The notes below the pieces were generated by a model that ran no database searches, was not told where the DNA came from, and worked only from the letters and a program-made list of their open reading frames with translations. A program made the translations under genes and the position numbers. Below, one piece after another: positions 1 through 5,038 of a stretch of DNA of 5,038 nt (position 1 is the stretch's first letter; every line of letters begins with the position of its first letter). The stretch comes from Zygophlyctis sp. KS116 (lineage: Eukaryota; Fungi; Chytridiomycota), in the NCBI GenBank assembly GCA_054661495.1, contig BAAFSQ010000508.1, positions 1 to 5,038 on the forward strand, read 5' to 3'.

Positions 1-2
1 GG

Positions 3-178
3 ATCGCACCTGCTCGTACTTTTCCAAACAAGAAGCAGAAGGTTAACTAAAAACGATTTTGATTACGATTATTAGCTTGAGAAAGTTTTATTTGGAAAAT
101 TGAGGATTGTCCACTACGAATTTAATGCGCGTTCAATGAGCAGGTAAGTATACCAATGAATAATCTGTCAAAAGCTGA
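3..178 (+). CDS. Possible 3' end of an unidentified gene entering from the left edge (IAPARTFPNKKQK|LEKVLFGKLRIVHYEFNARSMS...)
   Basis: Frame 3 is open over 3-41. A candidate 34-nt intron at 42-75 (GTTAAC...TATTAG) rejoins an open frame at 76-143. The protein ends at TAA 145-147, or at TGA 176-178 if a 31-nt intron at 144-174 (CAG/GTAAGT...AAG) is spliced. No product recognised. Confidence 0.3.
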
Positions 179-263
179 TGGATTGATATTGTTTATATGT
201 ATAGATAGATGATCCTACTCAAAATCACACAAAAAGATAAAACAGTAGATTTAAGAATCCCGA

Positions 264-1179
264 TTAGAAGTTGACGAATTTCAATCTGGGAAGATGCCTA
301 CCGGTAAACTCCTCTTTTGCCTTGATCTCATTCTTAGGAATAACTTTTGCAGCAACACTAAAATAAATCATTCATTTCTTACTCTGCCGACTGCTGAGCT
401 TTTAGTCCGAATCTTAAACAATATGCAGTAAAATACTGATTTAATAGCTCCAAATCTGGAAAATGTAAATTTAGGGGCAGATTATCCATATTAATAACAT
501 TCTGTGATTATTTTTAATTAAATACATTGTGTTGAGTACTTTGCAAGATCGTATCATCCACTGTAAAGTTACATAATACCACCAATTCAGATCCAAGAAT
601 AGATTGAATTCTATTTATTAAAATACCAGGAATAGTCATTAAAGCAATTGTCTGATTCATGTCTTGATTACAAAATAATTCTTTTAGCATTGGCACGTTC
701 ATACTAGTGCCACAAATAACAATCAGATCAAAAGATTGAATGTAATTGGGATCATGAAAATTCCAAGATACTTTAATACCTTTAAATTGGACAGGTGCAT
801 GATTTTGGAAATCTGTTCTCCTGCTAATAATTTCTAATTGATCATTTTGTAATAGATTATCAAAAGATAAATGATCCAACAGTGACCAGCACAAACTTTC
901 ACTCGTTTCAGGAAAAAGATCATAAAGTACAATACCCACTTTGATCTCTGTATCTAGAGATTTTATAGTTTTCATAGAGTTGTCTACAGTTGGTCCGGAC
1001 AAGTGCCTATGCTGATTGGCCAATTTTCGCGTCAAAATCATCTTTTCAATCATCCACCGTGTCTGATAAACGATGGATTCCTGCTTTAGGTGAAAACAAT
1101 GGCGTTTAGAGATCAGATCAGGAGCATGAGCAGCCAAATCAGTACTTTTAAAGTTTAGGTTGATGGATGACTGTAGCAT
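264..1179 (-). CDS. NOXRED1: NOXRED1-like / P5CR-type N-terminal Rossmann-fold protein, 3 exons (1179-526, 501-383, 357-264), ~288 aa
   Basis: First ATG is at 1179 (the ORF-track start at 1239 is TTG). The order KVGIV...LEIISRR...GIKVSWN...DLIVIC...IPGILINRIQSILG parallels the NOXRED1 domain as I recall it (KVGII...LRISTRRP...GIKCFYHN...DVIFLC...IPLPRLKLLL). Two short GT-AG introns extend the frame to TAA at 266-264. Confidence 0.6.
358..382 (-). other. Spliceosomal intron, 25 nt (NOXRED1-like intron 2)
   Basis: GTAAGAAATGAATGATTTATTTTAG. Removal bypasses an in-frame TAA and gives about 30 further codons. Confidence 0.7.
502..525 (-). other. Spliceosomal intron, 24 nt (NOXRED1-like intron 1)
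   Basis: GTATTTAATTAAAAATAATCACAG. It contains the in-frame TAA that ends the ORF call, and the downstream frame is open (NVINMDNLPLNLHFPDLELL...). Confidence 0.75.
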
Positions 1180-1229
1180 AAAGAAAGTTGTTGAAGGGCT
1201 AAAAATTTTGCGCGTTTTTTTCTCTTGAA
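1180..1229. promoter_or_regulatory. 50-nt divergent (bidirectional) promoter region between NOXRED1-like and ATP21
   Basis: ATGs at 1179 (-) and 1230 (+) point away from each other. The spacer holds TTTTGCGCGTTTT (1206-1218) flanked by A/T tracts. Confidence 0.55.
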
Positions 1230-1564
1230 ATGACTTCAATTGGAATTAGTTCGGCTGGTTTAAATGTATTTAAGAGTATTTTAACATTCAGGCTCTTAGA
1301 TGGTCCGCTCTAGGTCTTGGACTATATTGGGGATATTCTCGTCATAATTCTCTGACTCTATTTGTAGCAGAACGTACCGCTGCTCAGGAAAAAGCTCATT
1401 ATGAGGAAATGGTAAATGAAGCTAAAATAGCTTTTGAGACTCAGTACAATAAGGAACAGTCAGCTCTCGCTAAACAGCAAGGAATCGAGTCAATAGATGC
1501 TAATTCCTTCAAGTTTGATGCTGAAAAATGGATCAATTTTGCTATTGCTCAAACAGAAAAATAA
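1230..1564 (+). CDS. ATP21: Mitochondrial F1Fo ATP synthase subunit e (Atp21/Tim11), 2 exons (1230-1265, 1292-1564), 102 aa
   Basis: Spliced product: MTSIGISSAGLN|ALRWSALGLGLYWGYSRHNSLTLFVAERTAAQEKAHYEEMVNEAKIAFETQYNKEQSALAKQQGIESIDANSFKFDAEKWINFAIAQTEK. It matches the fungal subunit e signature N-x-LR(Y/W)SALGLGL-x-x-G with a GxxxG dimerisation motif, a following coiled coil (EAK) and a C-terminal FD-x-E-K segment. Confidence 0.92.
1266..1291 (+). other. Spliceosomal intron, 26 nt (ATP21)
   Basis: GTATTTAAGAGTATTTTAACATTCAG, with a TTAAC branch-point-like site. It is required to join the ATG exon to LRWSALG. Confidence 0.9.
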
Positions 1565-1579
1565 AGCCGCATGTCTGAT

Positions 1580-4174
1580 CTACCATCCTTGGTATTTTAT
1601 ATTTCTCTCTAGTGGCTTCAAGGGAGCCAAACTAATTATTCCCTTTTGTCCTTTAAGTTTTCTGTATTGAGCAAATTAGAATATACCTCTTCTTTGGGGC
1701 TGTAGGCTCTAAAGAGATGTCTTTACTCTTTTCTGAATTTAGATGATTTTCTTCATCTTTATCGATACTTGGTTCAAGTTTAGAGAGATTTTCGTGAATT
1801 TGTAGATCGAGATTGGTATCTTTTGGTTTTTCTTGATTTACTAGAGGATGTTTTTCTTTCATGTGACGGTTGAGGCGACTATGATCTATATATGTTTTAT
1901 CACAATATGAACACGGAATTCGTTCATTCTAGGATTAGTAAATATAATTTACCAAACTATCAGTCTTGGGCCTTGTCCGACAGGATGAATTTAGATCAGA
2001 AAAGGTAAAAGTTTGAGTGAAACAATCAATCGTGTATTTGAATGGTGTCTGAGTTCCTATACTGGGCATGGTATGGTCCTTTCTATTGGGCAAATTATCA
2101 AGGATCATATGGTTTAATAATTCTTCATTCTTTTCGTGTTTTAATGAATCAAGTGTTTTAGAAACTACTGAGGATGAGAGTGCATCAATCAAGTCTGATA
2201 TTCTTTTACGCATTTGTACGTGTTGAAGTTGAAGATTTTGGATCATGGAATCTGAAGCAATTCTTTGGTTTAGTAATTTTTCCTGTTTATGGGAAATAGA
2301 AGCTGCATTTTCAAAGTGGCCAAATAAAAGCACTTCTAAACGCTGTATAATTTTCAAATTCTGACTTGATTCTGGGACTAAGATGTAAATATTGTTACCT
2401 TTTTGGTATATATACTTTCTTTCTATAAGAGATTCCCGTAACAATTCATTTTCAGCTTCAAGTAGCTGAATTTTTGAGTTAAAGAAAGAAATAGTGTCGA
2501 GATAACCTTTTATTAATATTAATGGGCGCTTACCGTCATAAGGGTAAGCAGGATCCGTATTTATGCCCACGCTTGTTTCAGAGCGCAAATCAGTTTCATT
2601 TTCCATTTGAATATCATCGCTAGATGGATCATTTTGTTCATCCATGTTACAAACATCAAGTTTACCCAAATTTTGTACATCCATGTTACAAACACCAAGT
2701 TTAACCGAATCAGATTCTGAATTAGCCAACTCAATGGAAATTGACTGATTTAATTCAGAAAATTCGTCGATTTGATTCGCAAACATATTGATATTTGTCA
2801 ATGGATGCCATGTTTTCCTTCTATGCTTTCCTGGGTTACTTATTCCAGATGAATCTAAGATGAGTTTATTGAAGCTGATCAAGTTGTGTTCAATGCTTAT
2901 TTTGTTTCCTCTAAGGGGATCTTCAATTTTCGTTGTGTTTTCAGTAGTTTTCATCATATCTAATTGTTCTCTTAAAGCAGTGATTTCTTTTTTATAGCGC
3001 TTTAATAAGACATTGTCTGCCTCTATTTCATTTAACTTTGGCTTATTTTTTATAGTTTTAGCTCTAGTAGCAAATTTCAATGTAGATATTGTTTCTTCAG
3101 AGTATTGATTGGATGGAGTTATAGTACAAATAATCAAAGTTTTAGAATTTCCTCCTAAAGCAGGTTGTAGTATACGAGTCAACTTTGAATCTCTATAAGG
3201 AATGTGTTTTCTAGGATTTTAAATAATTTTTCTTTTCTTTACTCTTGTGCGCTTGATAATTTCCCAATAACAGTCCCTAGAGCCAATAAACTCTTATTAA
3301 TATTTCCAGCTTCCTTTAGCCTAACTCCTTCAGCTCCAGTGTACCCAACTCTTTCTGAACCTGCTAAATCCACTAAATTCTACAACTCTTATTCTTAATA
3401 TTTTTACCAATGTTGAAACACGAACTGATTCATCTGATTCATCCAACTTTACTTTACTTTCAATAATCTTTCTTTAATCTTTTCATATTTACTATTCTAA
3501 ATATCGAATGTGATCTACTACTCTTTTCATTTACATTTGTCTCTCCTACAGCTCTATTTTCTATAATTTAGAAGAAAAAAATTACTATTCCCTTGCAACA
3601 TCAATTCCAAAACCTGATCTTGACTATATACTACTATTTGAGATAAATTCCCAACATAAACATCTCTCTACCTATTATTACAAAATATTTACATTATGAT
3701 TTTCATGAATCTTTAGACCAGTATTTTCTGGCTGTAGTAAATCATTAATAACTTCATTATAGATTTCTAAATAGCAAACACGCAATAGATACTCCCGTTC
3801 AGGATTCTATAGAGTCATTTAAATCATTCAAATACATTTTGAATACATTTAAATATATCTGCAATTGCTTTTGGAATAATGCCAATACTAGATGAACTTC
3901 CAATCATTGTATGAGTTTTTCCGGATGAAGTTTGTCCATAAGCAATAATCGTAGCATTAAAACCATTCATTACACTTGATACTAAATCTCTTGAACTTGA
4001 TTCATAAATGTAATCATCGTTATCTACATCAAAAACTCTATCAAATGAAAACGAGACTTTTGTTTCCTTGTTATACAGTGTATTTTGTAATCTAGTCCAA
4101 GAACAAGAATGTCCTTGTAACAGTTCCCGAGAATTTAGCGGACGAAGACGAACAGAGACTTGAATATTGTCCAT
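1580..4174 (-). CDS. CENPE: Kinesin-7 (CENP-E-like) motor protein with a C-terminal C2H2 zinc finger; exons 4174-3836, 3806-3693, 3667-3586, 3560-3493, 3467-3408, 3379-3243, 3210-1953, 1928-1687, 1661-1580; ~793 aa
   Basis: Splicing restores a complete N-terminal motor (~4174-3051): [15 protein letters not shown]-loop [26 protein letters not shown], switch I NEKSSRSH, switch [46 protein letters not shown]. The GQTSSGKT P-loop, the neck NKPKLNE...LLKRYKKEI and a downstream RRxTW motif are kinesin-7 traits. The last two exons are less certain than the motor exons. Confidence 0.88.
1662..1686 (-). other. Spliceosomal intron, 25 nt (kinesin intron 8)
   Basis: AG/GTATATTCTAATTTGCTCAATACAG. Removal gives ...APKKR|[26 protein letters not shown] with TAG at 1582-1580. 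Confidence 0.7.
1848..1913 (-). other. C2H2 zinc finger coding segment within the kinesin tail
   Basis: [22 protein letters not shown] fits C-x2-C-x3-Y-x5-L-x2-H-x4-H. Confidence 0.85.
1929..1952 (-). other. Spliceosomal intron, 24 nt (kinesin intron 7)
   Basis: G/GTAAATTATATTTACTAATCCTAG, with a TACTAAT branch point and in-frame stops. It joins the long ORF in frame to the zinc-finger exon. Confidence 0.8.
2631..2706. repeat. Two-copy 39-bp-period tandem duplication in the kinesin stalk
   Basis: 2631-2667 versus 2670-2706 match at 34 of 37 positions. They encode [11 protein letters not shown] / [11 protein letters not shown]. Confidence 0.9.
3211..3242 (-). other. Spliceosomal intron, 32 nt (kinesin intron 6)
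   Basis: GTAAAGAAAAGAAAAATTATTTAAAATCCTAG. It joins KLSSAQE to [12 protein letters not shown]. Confidence 0.9.
3380..3407 (-). other. Spliceosomal intron, 28 nt (kinesin intron 5)
   Basis: GTAAAAATATTAAGAATAAGAGTTGTAG. It joins VRVSTL to [10 protein letters not shown]. Confidence 0.93.
3468..3492 (-). other. Spliceosomal intron, 25 nt (kinesin intron 4)
   Basis: GTAAATATGAAAAGATTAAAGAAAG. It joins [10 protein letters not shown] to IIESK. It has an AAG acceptor and is purine-rich. Confidence 0.88.
3561..3585 (-). other. Spliceosomal intron, 25 nt (kinesin intron 3)
   Basis: GTAATTTTTTTCTTCTAAATTATAG. Removal gives [21 protein letters not shown]. Confidence 0.93.
3668..3692 (-). other. Spliceosomal intron, 25 nt (kinesin intron 2)
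   Basis: GTAAATATTTTGTAATAATAGGTAG. It joins LKIHENHN to RDVYVGNLS. Confidence 0.9.
3807..3835 (-). other. Spliceosomal intron, 29 nt (kinesin intron 1)
   Basis: GTATTTGAATGATTTAAATGACTCTATAG. It joins DIFKCIQN to [18 protein letters not shown]. Confidence 0.93.
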
Positions 4175-4276
4175 GTCTAGAAGCGGTTTAATTAGTAATT
4201 ATAGAATTGATCCGCCGTTTTTGATTTTTCTTTCAGTCTAAAAACCGTCGGCCAGCGCCTGCGGTTGTGCTTCATA
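4175..4276. promoter_or_regulatory. 102-nt divergent promoter region between kinesin-7 and inhibitor-2
   Basis: ATGs at 4174 (-) and 4277 (+). The spacer is locally CpG-rich (GCGGTT twice, CCGCCGTT, AACCGTCGGCCAGCGCC) against an AT-rich background. Confidence 0.6.
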
Positions 4277-4654
4277 ATGTCACCCAAAAGTATTCTCAAG
4301 AAGAAGGTAAAGTCCCAGTCAAAATCCATTGTCTGGGATGAAGATGCCATTGCACAGCATGATCTAACAAGAGGTGGAAGAATGAAAATAGATGAACCAA
4401 AAACTCCATTTATTCATTATTCTATTGAATCTGACACTGTAATTGGAACTTCAATGGATCCTCCGCCGATAGCATTAGAAGAGGCTGTAGAAAAAATTAA
4501 AATTGATGCTCGTGAAAATGGTTCAGATTGGTCTTCGGAAGAGGAAGAGAAAGTAGATCAAGATGAAATATCAAGAAAGAGTAGAGATGATTTTAATAAG
4601 AAAAGAAAGTCTCATTATCAAATGAAAAATGCACTCTGTAAAAAAGATGTTTGA
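4277..4654 (+). CDS. PPP1R2: Protein phosphatase 1 inhibitor-2 (IPP-2 / Glc8-like), 125 aa as unspliced
   Basis: All the family motifs occur in order: KSILK (SILK), KSIVWDE (RVxF-like), MKIDEPKTP (regulatory Thr), an acidic stretch, and FNKKRKSHY. The true start is the ATG at 4277 (4265 is TTG). A terminal intron may alter the last residues. Confidence 0.93.
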   Translation: MSPKSILKKKVKSQSKSIVWDEDAIAQHDLTRGGRMKIDEPKTPFIHYSIESDTVIGTSMDPPPIALEEAVEKIKIDARENGSDWSSEEEEKVDQDEISRKSRDDFNKKRKSHYQMKNALCKKDV

Positions 4655-4835
4655 TTATTTAATTTTGCATCAAGAATTCAGATTTTGCAGAAAGTATGAT
4701 TGTGGAATATTCAAAAATTTAATAGAAAATTATTATATAATTCAAAATTCCCAACAGTCTAGACTAGAAATTGTAGTACTAATGTAGTCTGTTGTTTTAA
4801 CGGCAAGGTCAAGAGTTAATTTTTGAACAAGTAAA

Positions 4836-5038
4836 ATGTCAATCTATAATCAGCAGCAGAGATACTCTGATGGAAACTATCGCATTTGGTTTTTTCTCTA
4901 TGACACTGAGACTGATAGACAATACAGGAGGACGACTGTTACTGCTGTGAATCTTTCTCTTGCTGCCGATCTTTCAGCCTTTAAAGACGCAGTTAAAGAA
5001 AAGCATTCAAATCCTCTCGAAAATGTGGATGCGCAAGA
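4836..5038 (+). CDS. Crinkler (CRN)-like protein N-terminal ubiquitin-like header domain, truncated by the window edge
   Basis: Open from ATG 4836 to the edge: MSIYNQQQRYSDGNYRIWFFLYDTETDRQYRRTTVTAVNLSLAADLSAFKDAVKEKHSNPLENVDAQ. It resembles the WF-x-L-x-D...Y-x-x-T...V...AD-x-x-x-F(R/K)DAVK...L-x-x-VDA header seen in chytrid and oomycete CRN-like families. Confidence 0.7.
   Translation, partial: MSIYNQQQRYSDGNYRIWFFLYDTETDRQYRRTTVTAVNLSLAADLSAFKDAVKEKHSNPLENVDAQ

Noticed and set aside
1-151. Annotating a bona fide U1 snRNA gene
   Set aside because: Only the 11-nt 5' match is present. The 70K loop, U1A loop and Sm site are not visible, so it is kept as a finding and not as a feature.
1025-1032. 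TTTCGCGT SCB/MCB-like box
   Set aside because: It lies inside coding sequence (LTRK codons), and a single short match is expected by chance.
1180-1239. N-terminal extension of the 241-aa ORF from TTG 1239, overlapping ATP21
   Set aside because: Bacterial-style start call. The eukaryotic ATG at 1179 avoids the overlap. The same applies to the TTG starts at 3182 and 4265.
2788-2997. + strand 69-aa ORF
   Set aside because: Hydrophobic antisense shadow of the kinesin coiled-coil exon, with a non-ATG start and no motif.
3204-3398. + strand 64-aa ORF
   Set aside because: Antisense to the conserved switch II / NKSL exon of the kinesin, with a non-ATG start.
502-3835. AAT flanking several introns on one or both sides, suggesting Introner-type target-site duplications
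   Set aside because: The introns share no sequence similarity or terminal repeats, and AAT is a very common codon in this AT-rich DNA.
3831-3850. AATACATTT direct repeat giving a second donor-like site 11 nt upstream of intron 1
   Set aside because: Its use would frameshift the motor domain. A short AT-rich repeat is not evidence of intron gain by duplication.
1653-4174. Three separate - strand ORFs, or a frameshifted kinesin pseudogene
   Set aside because: Every break is bounded by GT...AG at 24-32 nt, and removal restores invariant motor motifs exactly. This indicates one intact spliced gene.
1230-4654. Alternative genetic code (TAA/TAG read as Gln, as in ciliates or some aphelids) or stop readthrough
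   Set aside because: The long exons contain no in-frame TAA or TAG, Gln uses CAA/CAG, and ATP21 ends at TAA at the expected length. Internal stops fall only inside introns.
1-5038. CRISPR array, tRNA/rRNA, transposase or prokaryotic operon/defence system
   Set aside because: No repeat-spacer pattern, cloverleaf or transposase motif is seen. The window is almost fully explained by spliced eukaryotic genes.

Overview
This is AT-rich eukaryotic DNA, most consistent with an early-diverging (zoosporic, chytrid-like) fungus with an extremely compact genome. The supplied ORF track is fragmented because the genes carry tiny GT-AG introns. Eleven well-supported introns are 24-32 nt long. Reconstructed gene order: possible 3' end of an unknown + strand gene (1-~178); NOXRED1-like gene (-, 264-1179); ATP synthase subunit e (+, 1230-1564, missed by the ORF track); a 9-exon kinesin-7/CENP-E-like gene (-, 1580-4174, ~793 aa); PP1 inhibitor-2 (+, 4277-4654); and the start of a Crinkler (CRN)-like gene (+, 4836 to the edge). 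The most novel observation is the spliced kinesin tail. It contains a canonical C2H2 zinc finger that no ORF call shows, tandem LC8-type TQT motifs, and a PKKRKL NLS created only by splicing. Intergenic spacers are only 15-102 nt in the core cluster. All product calls come from motif recognition by eye, with no database search.
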